64,000 nucleotides of DNA from an uncultured delta proteobacterium (lineage in GTDB: Bacteria > Desulfobacterota > Desulfomonilia > UBA1062). Position 1 is the stretch's first letter. Each line of letters opens with the position of its first letter. The notes under the pieces are model-generated. The model searched no databases, was not told the origin of the DNA, and saw only the letters and a program-made list of their open reading frames with translations. Positions 50,794-60,604 of this stretch are shown here, piece after piece. The stretch is taken from NCBI GenBank assembly GCA_963752595.1, contig CAVVYZ010000001.1, positions 96,001 to 160,000 on the forward strand, written 5' to 3'. Position numbers and translations under genes: made by a program.

Positions 50794-51774
50794 ATGCTGA
50801 AACTTTGGAATCCTGCCGTTTTCCAGGGCAACCTGCATAAGGTCGGCTATTTTGAAGGCTGGTATTTCAAGCACATAAGCCCTGACAGCAAAACTGCGTA
50901 TGCGGTGATCCCGGGCATATCCCTTACAAAAGACAAAGGACAGGCCCATGCGTTCATACAGTTCTTCGATGCGAGGAAATCCAGGTCTTATCTCCTGAAA
51001 TACCATCTCGATGACTTCCGGTCGGATCAGAAGACATTCGAGATAAAAATCCACAATAATTGGTTTACCCTCCACGGCATGCAGCTGGATATCGACAAGG
51101 AAGAGGTAAGGATCCGGGCGGATATGCGATATGACAACACGCACCCGTGGCCGGTTTCCCTATTATCACCCGGGGCCATGGGATGGTACGCGTTTGTACC
51201 GAAAATGGAATTCTACCACGACGTGTTGAGCTTTAATAACACCCTTGACGGATACATCGAGGTGGATGGCGTCCGGAAGGATTTCACCGGGGGCAAAGGG
51301 TACATTGAAAAAGACTGGGGATCATCCATGCCCCACTCCTGGATATGGATGCAGACAAACCACTTCGACGAGCCCGAGGCTTCTCTTTTCGGATCCATTG
51401 CAAAGATCCCGTGGCTGGGGAGCTACTTTACCGGCTTTTTGTTCGGCCTGTATCTGAAGAAGCGCATTTACCGCTTCACCACATACACCAGCGCACGGAT
51501 GAAGAATCTTGCAATCGATAATGAGCGGGTTGCCCTCACTGTCGAAGATGCACGGTACGGCCTGGAGATAACCGGGCAGAGGTCGGAAGGTGCCCGTCTC
51601 GTTGCGCCGAAGATGGACGAGATGACGGTAAAAATAAACGAAACACTCGATTCCGAGATAGCCCTTACCTTTTACCGGAAGAAGGGCAACGAGGTAATAT
51701 TCTCCGGCACCGGGAGAAATGCCGGACTTGAATATGTCGGGGATGTGGAAGAGCTGGCCGGAGGCCTTCAATAA
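50794..51774 (+). CDS. Tocopherol cyclase family protein
   Basis: YFEGWYFK, GAMGWYAFVP, GYIEKDWGSSMPHSWIWMQ, AGLEYVG. Confidence 0.85.
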   Translation: MLKLWNPAVFQGNLHKVGYFEGWYFKHISPDSKTAYAVIPGISLTKDKGQAHAFIQFFDARKSRSYLLKYHLDDFRSDQKTFEIKIHNNWFTLHGMQLDIDKEEVRIRADMRYDNTHPWPVSLLSPGAMGWYAFVPKMEFYHDVLSFNNTLDGYIEVDGVRKDFTGGKGYIEKDWGSSMPHSWIWMQTNHFDEPEASLFGSIAKIPWLGSYFTGFLFGLYLKKRIYRFTTYTSARMKNLAIDNERVALTVEDARYGLEITGQRSEGARLVAPKMDEMTVKINETLDSEIALTFYRKKGNEVIFSGTGRNAGLEYVGDVEELAGGLQ

Positions 51775-52228
51775 AATGTACAAATTGAGGTTTGATCTTA
51801 CAAAACACTCTGGTTAGCTATGATATTATCTTGCAAGTTGTTAAGCATGGGATATTTCTGGAACTTGTATTACTAATAGATGTGTGCACGTGTGTATAAA
51901 CATCTTTTACAGATTACCAGCCTCCGGATACTGTAAAACAAACGATATATCGAGGTAACCTTCTATAAGGGCTAAAAGGCATGTATATCACGAAATCTTT
52001 CGGCAACATAGCGCCTGCATCGGGAATGCTATTTTACAGACAACCGTAGGATTGACTTATTTTGGTTGATTTCTAAGATATATTCAATTACTTCAATCAT
52101 ATGTTCATCCAAAAAGATAATCTGGATAGTTGCTTGGACAACAAAGATATTGAAACTTCAAGAAGTGATTCGTTGTTATTTTCCGGAACGATGATTTCTT
52201 TCATCATTGGGGAGATGTAGAAATAATC

Positions 52229-52825
52229 ATGAGTCGAAAGAAAACGGAAGTCAGACAACAGGAAATTATTGAAGCCGTTCAGCGACTAATCTTTAAACAC
52301 GGCAGTGAACATCTAACTGTCAAACGCATAGCCGCGGAGGTCGGCATCTCAGAAGCGGCAATATATCGTCATTTCAAGAGCAAGAAGAGTATTCTCTTAT
52401 TTCTCGTCAACCATATCGAAGACGTTCTTCTGGGAGATATATCACGAGGAGAATCCAGTGATGAGACCGTGACATTAGAAACCATCGAGAAGACTATTCA
52501 AAATCATTTTTCCGCCATTGATTCCAGGAAAGGTCTGGCGTTTCAGGTAATCGCCGAGATCATCAGCCTCGGAGATAAAAGCCTTAACAAGAAAGCGTCG
52601 TTGATGATTAATACATATATCTCCAAACTCATGGAGCTTCTGGCTGCTGGGGTTAAAAGCGGATCTGTCCGGCAAGATCTCGATCTGGAAGCATCGGCAA
52701 TACTGCTGTTTGGTATGATCCAGACGCTGGTAAGCATCTGGTCTCTTAACAGGTGCAACTTCAACCTGATCGAAAAATATGGTTCACTGTGGCAAATATA
52801 CAGTCAGGCAATCGCTCAACGTTGA
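52229..52825 (+). CDS. TetR/AcrR family regulator
   Basis: LTVKRIAAEVGISEAAIYRHFKSK HTH. Confidence 0.9.
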   Translation: MSRKKTEVRQQEIIEAVQRLIFKHGSEHLTVKRIAAEVGISEAAIYRHFKSKKSILLFLVNHIEDVLLGDISRGESSDETVTLETIEKTIQNHFSAIDSRKGLAFQVIAEIISLGDKSLNKKASLMINTYISKLMELLAAGVKSGSVRQDLDLEASAILLFGMIQTLVSIWSLNRCNFNLIEKYGSLWQIYSQAIAQR

Positions 52826-53198
52826 TTATCCATACTGCCCCTCTATTAAAAAAGAAAGCCTGACTCGTCATGCCTCATTGCCCGTAGCAGGTATAATAAA
52901 CCAGTTGGCGATGAGATAAACAGTCCCTGTATGCTCCTGATTTCTTAATAAGAAAATAGTTTTATCCAACAATTCTTTCAAATTGATTCCGGTCAGTTAA
53001 CCCCACAAACTGAATTCATGCATTTATTTACATCCTTCCATCAGTTAAACCTTAGGACAGTAGCGACAACATTTCTGACCCGTGTCAGTTTGCCTTGACA
53101 TGTTAGTGAACGCATACTATTTTGTAAGTTGTGAAACACTTACATGCAAGGGTAGTGCTGGAAATATAAATATTTTTATAAAGAAATGGAGGAGTGTA

Positions 53199-53384
53199 AT
53201 GAAAGACATATTCGTAAAGTTCATTGTCGCGTTCTTATGTATTGCCTCAGTGTTTGTTATCAAGATATTGAATTTGCCGACATTGATTACCGCGCTTTTT
53301 GTAGCTATTGTTGCCGGTATGCTGATATTTGCCTTAGCGGGCGGATTTTCAAAAATTATATCAGCTGGAAAACCGTCTAACTAG
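53199..53384 (+). CDS. Small two-TM membrane protein
   Basis: GGAGGAG RBS; 61-aa hydrophobic ORF MKDIFVKFIVAFLCIASVF... Confidence 0.55.
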   Translation: MKDIFVKFIVAFLCIASVFVIKILNLPTLITALFVAIVAGMLIFALAGGFSKIISAGKPSN

Positions 53385-53729
53385 TGTCCGTCCAGAGACC
53401 TGCCGGACGGTTCAGACGGGGTCGGACCAAGTACACTCATTGAATGTATGGGCGAATCAGTTAGGGGACAAGTCTTTAGTTTCTATTGTGAAGTCCGCAG
53501 CCGTGGTTGCTAACGGATTATCCGCACGGTAGCACAGATGTCTGCGGGCGATAAGAGCTTCCAGCCTCATCCTGGCATGAAGTTTCTCAAGGGTGCAGTG
53601 AGCTGACAGTTGGTCACTGCAGGACAGAGAGATGGTCGGGCCGCCATCCAGAGGTACGACATGATCAATAGCTTGCCGTAAAAACCAATCGACTCATTAT
53701 GTCGTAGGGGGCAAACTCTTGGGGCGTTT

Positions 53730-54077
53730 ATGAATAAAGAACCGCATCAGGATATCTCTCAATCCGAGAAGTTTGAAGCTCTCGGACGCATGGTACGTCT
53801 CACCTGGAAGACTCTCGGTAGCTTATTATTGTTCTTACTTTTAATTTTAATAATCATTGGCTCGCAAGGGGCAGTGATTGTACTAGATATATTCTTCTGG
53901 TTTGCAGTGGCAGGACTCATGCTGACACGTTACATAGATTTCAAAGTATTCCATGGACACACTACTGGAAGTGAACCAGCAACACTTACGGATTGGCTTC
54001 GTTATTCGATTGGACTCATTATAAGGTCCGGGCTTTTCTGGATTCTTGCTCACGTAATAAGAGATAGATTACATTAG
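53730..54077 (+). CDS. Hypothetical three-TM membrane protein
   Basis: 115-aa ORF with hydrophobic segments; low GC. Confidence 0.6.
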   Translation: MNKEPHQDISQSEKFEALGRMVRLTWKTLGSLLLFLLLILIIIGSQGAVIVLDIFFWFAVAGLMLTRYIDFKVFHGHTTGSEPATLTDWLRYSIGLIIRSGLFWILAHVIRDRLH

Positions 54078-54326
54078 TTAATTACGAAATATTCTCTTAA
54101 GAAGAAGGGTGTAGTGACCTGAAAGTTTGTCACGGCAGGGCAGATGTACCGCAAGAACCTCAAACTGAACCATGACGATCTCAGTGAGCGATCTGTACTC
54201 AATACCTTTACCTATACTAGTCGCGATCAGATCTGACAGGTGGTTAGCCTACTGTAGGATGTCAGGTTAGATTGTGACTGATCCACACTCTGAAGAACCA
54301 AAAGTTTCAGGCAAAAAAGGATATGC

Positions 54327-54364
54327 AAAAAAGGAAGCCGACAGTTTCGACTGTCGGCTTCCTT
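54327..54364 (-). terminator. Intrinsic terminator of the PEP-CTERM gene
   Basis: aaggaagccgacag-tttcga-ctgtcggcttcctt with an A-run on the left side (U-tract on the minus strand). Confidence 0.85.
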
Positions 54365-54393
54365 TACAGTTCGCAATTTCTCTGGGAAAAGAG

Positions 54394-54978
54394 TTAGTCG
54401 ATTTTGCGGTTCTTCCGGCGCAAGCCTGCTGCACCAAGGAGGCCGCTTCCGAGAAGGAGCAGGGTTGCAGGCTCCGGGACCGGCGCGCCCGGTGCGGTTC
54501 CATTATCATAATCAAGGTTGAACGTGGAGTCCACGAGAGTAAGGGAACCAACCTCTAAGCCTGCTACCGTAACATGCAGGGGATCACCGGTGTCCCATCC
54601 AAACGTAAATACATCAATTAAATTATCAAGATTAAACGTGGTAGTAGAATTTCGGTTGGTTACACCCCAAAACCAATTTCTGGTTTCAGTATTAAGGGTG
54701 CCCTGAAGAATGCATTCGGCCCATACGGTATCATCATGAATGCCGAAAATTTCGGCGGATACGTCTTTTGCCCTTATCGTCAATGAAGCACTGTTTACAT
54801 TGTCATAGGGAACTTGGAAATCGGCCGGCATGGTATGATCGTAAGTATAGCTATATAAACCGCCGCCAAGTGTCTGGTTAAGCGTCTGGAAATCCGTATA
54901 GGGAATAGCGTGCGAGATGCCGGCAACCGACAAAACAAACACTAAACTGCCCAACAATGCTGTTAAATTCTTTTTCAT
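54394..54978 (-). CDS. PEP-CTERM sorting domain protein
   Basis: Signal peptide (SHA-I); C-terminal VPEPATLLLLGSGLLGAAGLRRK. Confidence 0.93.
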   Translation of the reverse strand: MKKNLTALLGSLVFVLSVAGISHAIPYTDFQTLNQTLGGGLYSYTYDHTMPADFQVPYDNVNSASLTIRAKDVSAEIFGIHDDTVWAECILQGTLNTETRNWFWGVTNRNSTTTFNLDNLIDVFTFGWDTGDPLHVTVAGLEVGSLTLVDSTFNLDYDNGTAPGAPVPEPATLLLLGSGLLGAAGLRRKNRKID

Positions 54979-55011
54979 ATAATCTCCCATTGAACTATTT
55001 TGATATATTAA

Positions 55012-55027
55012 AGCATTTACTGTGCCG
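55012..55027 (-). promoter_or_regulatory. Sigma54 promoter of the PEP-CTERM gene
   Basis: Minus strand CGGCACAGTAAATGCT = GG-N10-GC, about 35 nt upstream of the ATG. Confidence 0.7.
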
Positions 55028-55506
55028 GATAATATTATGAAAGTGATATTAATTAGTTATCTATGAATGTCCCGGAATGACAAGTCCTTAACCGGTAAAA
55101 GAGCTCACCGACACCAGAAGCCTCCTGTTTATCTGCTCAATCCTACATCGTTTTCATCCAAGTAACAGGAACGACACGGGATGAACTGGTTTTATAAACA
55201 TGTATAGAATCACCTAATACTTGGTTATCACACATTTATTATGAAACGGAGGATGCAGGAAAAGACGGTTGGGGTTTATAACCCCCCCCAATATTCTTAA
55301 TGAATCCTGTCGGATCTTTTTACATAGTTCTACAGCGGCTTGCCGTATCTGGATGATGAGCACGGGGCCTTTCTCGTCGATAAAAGCCCTTTTTATTGCA
55401 AAATAATTTGTCTAGTGATAAAGTTCGAGAAAGTTTCTCCTGGAATCGCTCGATTTTTAACGGGTGGCTGAGAGGACTGTAATCATAGTAGCCAATGGAG
55501 GGTTGC

Positions 55507-56436
55507 ATGGCAATACGTTTATTCCGGATTGCTCCATTGCTCCTGATTCTGACAATCATCGTGCTCCTGTCCGCATGTGCACACAAGAAGGCTGCGGTCG
55601 AGCAACCCACCGGATCCTTTTTAGAGGATATTTACGCTACTTCCAATGAAAGCACCGATGTGGATATGTTCGGCGACGCAATATCTCCATACGTCCAGTA
55701 CATGGACAGTACCATTACGCCTTTATCTGATGCGGCATTATTAAGCAGGGTATCAGGGGCATATTACGGGTATGCCTACTGTTTCGCTGAGGATATGGAT
55801 AAGAAGGTGGCAAGCCGCCTTTATCTCAAGGGAAGGGATCTCGTCCTGAATGAGCTCAGACGTTACAGGATCTTCGACAATGCCCTTACCTATAACAAAT
55901 CTATTGACGAATTCAGACAATCCCTGCCAGATAGCTTCGACAAGCACAATAGCAATTTTCAAGTCATCTACTGGGCTGCAATGAACTGGGCCGGCTGGAT
56001 CAGCCTCAACCTTGATAATCCCGAGGCGCTCGCAGACATACCCAAAGTGGAGGCCATGCTGGAGTTTGTCAATACGTTCAATGATTCATATAACAACGGA
56101 AGCGTACATGCCGTGCTGGGAACCTTATATGCAAGCCGGTCCAAAGTAGATGGTGGTAACCCTGAGAAGGCCAAGGAAGAGTTTGACAAGGCCTTTTCCT
56201 GCTCATTCAACAGCATTTTAACTTTCCATGTCATGTATGCGAAGTATTATGCGTGTCAGATCCAGGACCGGGAGCTGTTTAAGAAGTCCCTTGAAACGGT
56301 ACTGAAAGCACCCGCAAATTATCGCTCGGATATGAACTTTGTGAACGAAGTAGCCAAGAGAAAGGCAAGGGTCCTCTTGGATAACAGTGATAAGTATTTT
56401 AAAGAAACCGAGATAAAACCGGTGGGGAAGCCGTAA
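55507..56436 (+). CDS. TRAP transporter TatT-component-like lipoprotein
   Basis: Lipobox LSAC, YWAAMNWAGWI, GGNPEKAKEEFDKA, YAKYYA...DRELF, NEVAKRKA. Confidence 0.75.
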   Translation: MAIRLFRIAPLLLILTIIVLLSACAHKKAAVEQPTGSFLEDIYATSNESTDVDMFGDAISPYVQYMDSTITPLSDAALLSRVSGAYYGYAYCFAEDMDKKVASRLYLKGRDLVLNELRRYRIFDNALTYNKSIDEFRQSLPDSFDKHNSNFQVIYWAAMNWAGWISLNLDNPEALADIPKVEAMLEFVNTFNDSYNNGSVHAVLGTLYASRSKVDGGNPEKAKEEFDKAFSCSFNSILTFHVMYAKYYACQIQDRELFKKSLETVLKAPANYRSDMNFVNEVAKRKARVLLDNSDKYFKETEIKPVGKP

Positions 56437-56483
56437 CGCATCCTTGATATACGGAATGAAGGTTTTTATGAAATCATCGAACT

Positions 56484-57020
56484 TGAATACCCCGTTTTGT
56501 AAACGGGGATGAAAAGTTCGACCGCTGTAAGCGGCGGGTAGATATGATATATTGGAAAGATGGAACCGAAGAGAACGAGTCATGCGGTATATGACACGAA
56601 ATATCATTTGGTCTGGACACCGAAGTATCGGAAATGGGTATTACGAGGAGACATACGGGAGAAGGTAGAAGCCATGTTTCTTGAGATAGCCCAGAATCAT
56701 GATTTTGAGATAGATACGATGGAAGTAGCCCAAGATCATGTTCATATATTTTTATCATTTCCACCGAGGTACAGCATATCGAGAGTAGTAGGGATGCTCA
56801 AGAGTATCAGTGCGAGTGTCGTGTTTCGGGATCATCCTGAGGTTAAGAGGGAGTTGTGGGGTGGTGAATTTTGGGAGGATGGATATTTTGCGCGCACGGT
56901 TGGAGATAAAGTCACTGCAGAAGTGATTAGGAAATATATCAGGTATCATCGCGAAGAAGAAAAAGAAGCCAAAGCAGTTGGAGTTGTTTTGATGCCCCGC
57001 CTTGTAGGCGGGGTAATTCA
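56484..57020 (+). mobile_element. IS200-like element (tnpA only)
   Basis: Subterminal hairpins ccccgttt-tgt-aaacgggg (56490-56508) and ccccgcct-tgt-aggcgggg (56995-57013) flank the transposase. Confidence 0.8.
56560..56992 (+). CDS. tnpA: IS200/IS605 Y1 HUH transposase; C-terminus apparently frameshifted
   Basis: YHLVWTPKYR, DHVHIF (HUH), FWEDGYF, IRKYI. Removing one A at 56960-56964 gives EEKKPKQLELF-stop at 56990-56992; as sequenced the ORF reads on to 57141. Confidence 0.88.
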
Positions 57021-57110
57021 CTGGAAAAATTCAGAGAGGGGATTGAGGAATAAATATACGACTGTCCTTCAAGCTTATTATTGTTGTTCCGGCGTTCGCA
57101 ATCGCATTTC

Positions 57111-57498
57111 AGTCGGAAGCCAAGGCAGGAACACTCACTGAACAGCAGCAAGTCTCAGAGCCCCCATCTTTTCAATCTCCACGGTGAATAACCTCCGCAC
57201 TGCCATGAAGGGCATCCGTCCTGTTAAGATAACAGGAAGCTCGGTAACTTTGGAACCGATGCCCTTTGCGTCTGTCGTGGAATTGAGATCTGGGACATGA
57301 CTTCTAGAATAGTGCTGCTAAGCCAATCGCAGCTTGTATGGAATGTAGCCACACTTGAGAGTCGGGGTTTGCTCTTACTAGACCAGCCCAATATAACACT
57401 CGGCGTACTGGTAAAACCCTACAATCTAGACGTCGGCTGTAGCCTACATCACCTCCAAATGACGTGCCTCGATTGTCAGTGATCTAATCAATCCGACT
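57111..57498. ncRNA. Candidate large structured non-coding RNA, family unknown
   Basis: Many mutually nested perfect helices (listed in findings); no credible ORF. Confidence 0.35.
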
Positions 57499-57508
57499 CT
57501 TAAATATA

Positions 57509-57531
57509 AGGCAGGGCATATCACCCTGCCT
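57509..57531 (-). terminator. Hairpin after the hybrid kinase gene
   Basis: aggcaggg-catatca-ccctgcct. Confidence 0.5.
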
Positions 57532-57537
57532 CAAGCA

Positions 57538-60060
57538 TCAATGCTCCAGTGCCCGGCCGACAGCTGACTTCAGTTCGTTCATACCGGTCGGCTTAAGAAG
57601 CAGCTCACTGATACCCAGAGATCTCGCCTTCTGTTTGTCAATGACATCATTGAACCCGGTACAGAGGATGATGGGAGTATCGGGGCGTATTTCCTTGATC
57701 TTCCCGGCGAGCTCCACACCAGTGGTTCCGGGCATGGTCAGGTCTGTGATGACGAGATCGAACTCTTCAGGTGTATTGCCGAACAATTGCAGCGCTTTTT
57801 CGCCATCTTTTACGGCAACCACACGATAACCGGATGACTTCAATGCCCGCTGCAGGCTGGAAAGGATGGCCTCCTCGTCATCGATCAGGAGAATATTTCC
57901 GTGTTCTTTCCCTGAGAAAGCCTTTTCACCGGAAGGAGAGGGAGAGCTTACCTCTGATTCTCCCTCGTATACCGGCAGATAAACCGTGAAAAGAGTGCCT
58001 TTCCCCGATTCACTCTCAACCGTAATAGCTCCACCATGATTCTTTACAATCCCATAGGCTACCGAAAGCCCCAAGCCCGTGCCTTTACCCATTTCTTTCG
58101 TGGTAAAGAAAGGCTCAAAGATCCGGCCGAGGATATCCGACGGTATTCCGCTCCCGGTGTCGTTCACTGTAAGCTGCAGATATTCCCCTTCCTGAATCTC
58201 CTGATGAGCGTGCATCGGCTCCAGGTAGGTGTTCATGAGGTTCACCTCGATGATCCCTTTCTGCGACTCCAATGAATCTGCAGCATTCTGAACCAGATTC
58301 ATGATGACCTGCTGGATCTGTGTGGAATTACCCATGACCGTATCAGCTGAGGTGGTGATATGATGGTGAATATCGATGGTCCTCGGCAGAGTTGATCTCA
58401 GGAAATCTATGGTTTCCTCTATCAGGGGTACTACCTTTACCGGGCTGAACGTCTGTTCGCTCCGCCTGCTGAAGGAGAGGATCTGTCTTATCAGATCTCT
58501 TTGACGGTATGCAGCTTTCAAGGTTTGATCCAGTACTGCATACCTGTCGGAGTCCGGAGGTTCCTCTTCATGGAGCATCTCAGTATTGATGATGATCGGA
58601 TAGAGGATATTGTTCAGATCGTGGGCAATTCCTCCGGCAAACCTGTCAATGGCCTCCATCTTCTGGGTTTGAATAAGCTGATTCTCAAGACCTTTCTTTT
58701 CTTCTTCCACCTCTATGCGGCGGATTATTTCTTCCTGGAGCAGTGCGTTTCTCTTTTCCAGCTCAATCGTCCGCTCCTTCACGAGTTCTTCAAGCCGCTC
58801 ACGATATTTACCCAGCTCTTCTTCTGTCAGTTTGCGATCGGTGATGTCGCTGGCGGCACCAAACCATTCAACGATTTCGCCATTCGCATCCATCAGCGGA
58901 ACCGCACGCGAGAACGTCCATCCCAAGCTGCCGTCCGCTCGCCGGACCCGATGTTCCAGTTCGAAAATGCTCTTCGTCCGGATGGCTTCATTGATGACGG
59001 CGGTCACGTGCGGCTGATCGTCCGGGTGAATGTATTCCTGAAGCCAGGTGCGGCTTGGCTTTTCCGTGTTGGCGAGAAAACCCCGGCTATGGAGCTGGCG
59101 CATCTCGCTCCAATCCGGGCTCATGCGATATAACACTTCCGAACTGGCCGTCACCAGAGCGCGAAAGCGCTCCTCGCTCTCCCGCAGCGCATCCTCGGCC
59201 CTCAGCGCCTGGGCTGTCCTCTCCTTCTCGCGGCGGAACAACAGCACGTTCTCAGAAAGAAGGCCGAACAGGACAATCAGTGTGCTGCCTGTACGAATGG
59301 CAGGCAACAGGTACCACCAGAGATCGTAACGCCTTATTCCGCTCACTGTGGCGAATATGGTGAAGGCAAATGTCGTCTGGGCAAAGGCTATATATCCCAG
59401 GAGGGTATCTCCGGTCTGCAGGTAGCGGCGAGTCGAGAGCACTGCGCCTCCTGCAAACAGAATTGCCTCAACAGCGCTCCATGCCAGGTTAAGTACGGTG
59501 AAGACCCCGGTTGTGGTGATCAGTGTAGGCAGGTATTGCTCGACGCGAACTATGAGCGTGGATACGATTATCAGGAATACTATCCAGGCAGCCGCCAACA
59601 AGTGCAAGCGCCTCCCTGACAGTCCCTCATTCCTCGGCCAGTGGACAAGGACGGCTGCCAGGAGAAAGGTACTGAAGAAAGTGATGCCGAGTTGCTGGAA
59701 CCACACCGGAGTACTGGGGAGACTCGTGATGATGGATCCGCCGCCGGGCATTAGACCTGGCCAGGTGAGGATGTGAAACGCAAGCGAGACACCCAAGCCT
59801 GCAGCGCCCATTCCAATCCAGAAGGAAGCTGGGTCTCGCAGATCGTTGTAGCGCCCCAGCGCCAGGAAGCCCACAGAGAGAAAAATAAGTGTCTGGACCA
59901 ATCTTATCACTGGGGCAAACCAGGGGAGAACGATAAGAACGGGTCCCGGTCCCCCCCAGAGAAGCAAAGCAGCCATAAGGAAAGCTAACGCGATAGTCGT
60001 ACCGACAATAGCTCGGTACAGCCCGTTCGCAGGTCTTGTATTATCGCCAAATTCAGCCAT
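57538..60060 (-). CDS. Membrane-sensor (MASE-like) PAS hybrid histidine kinase with receiver domain
   Basis: About 8 TM helices, PAS (IHPDD), [25 protein letters not shown]...ITDLTMP...LLKP. Confidence 0.9.
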   Translation of the reverse strand: MAEFGDNTRPANGLYRAIVGTTIALAFLMAALLLWGGPGPVLIVLPWFAPVIRLVQTLIFLSVGFLALGRYNDLRDPASFWIGMGAAGLGVSLAFHILTWPGLMPGGGSIITSLPSTPVWFQQLGITFFSTFLLAAVLVHWPRNEGLSGRRLHLLAAAWIVFLIIVSTLIVRVEQYLPTLITTTGVFTVLNLAWSAVEAILFAGGAVLSTRRYLQTGDTLLGYIAFAQTTFAFTIFATVSGIRRYDLWWYLLPAIRTGSTLIVLFGLLSENVLLFRREKERTAQALRAEDALRESEERFRALVTASSEVLYRMSPDWSEMRQLHSRGFLANTEKPSRTWLQEYIHPDDQPHVTAVINEAIRTKSIFELEHRVRRADGSLGWTFSRAVPLMDANGEIVEWFGAASDITDRKLTEEELGKYRERLEELVKERTIELEKRNALLQEEIIRRIEVEEEKKGLENQLIQTQKMEAIDRFAGGIAHDLNNILYPIIINTEMLHEEEPPDSDRYAVLDQTLKAAYRQRDLIRQILSFSRRSEQTFSPVKVVPLIEETIDFLRSTLPRTIDIHHHITTSADTVMGNSTQIQQVIMNLVQNAADSLESQKGIIEVNLMNTYLEPMHAHQEIQEGEYLQLTVNDTGSGIPSDILGRIFEPFFTTKEMGKGTGLGLSVAYGIVKNHGGAITVESESGKGTLFTVYLPVYEGESEVSSPSPSGEKAFSGKEHGNILLIDDEEAILSSLQRALKSSGYRVVAVKDGEKALQLFGNTPEEFDLVITDLTMPGTTGVELAGKIKEIRPDTPIILCTGFNDVIDKQKARSLGISELLLKPTGMNELKSAVGRALEH

Positions 60061-60604
60061 CAGACATTCTTCTTTCCTGGTGCACCGTTGGCCGGCGCCT
60101 CCGTCGCGCCCACTGTACCGCTGTCTCTCTTCCGCCCGCTTGCGCTCGGCGATGTCCCGGCGGACTACCATGAGCCCGTCCTAACAGGGGGAGGGATGTA
60201 TTCTCGGCATTTCTGCAGCATGCATTCTTCTTTTCGACTCTGAGCAGAGGGTTTTTCGATTTCACCGGCACTCCTGTAAAGCAGTTCTTTGAGTATTGGA
60301 CACTTCTTACGCTACGTAACAATTGCCCTATGAGAAAAGACATTCTCAAGCAAAAGAATATCTATGTGCTAATTTTTAAGAAAAACATCAAACTTTGAGA
60401 TGATAATTAAGAAAAAACGATTCAAATAATGGTAAGAAAATAAGCATACCGATGAATAGGATAAGAATCGCCACTTCCCTGATATTGAAAGCGAGGATGG
60501 CTAATTGCAGTAAAAACTTTCTGGTTTTATATTCAGACCTCGGTAATCAATAATTAGGTGAGACCATATAAGGAGATATTCATTCAAAGCATAAATCTGT
60601 TTTT

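Noticed and set aside
57020-57500. TnpB/IscB gene or known omega/HEARO RNA after tnpA
   Set aside because: No RuvC/HNH coding remnant or recognisable HEARO motif; kept only as an unclassified structured region.
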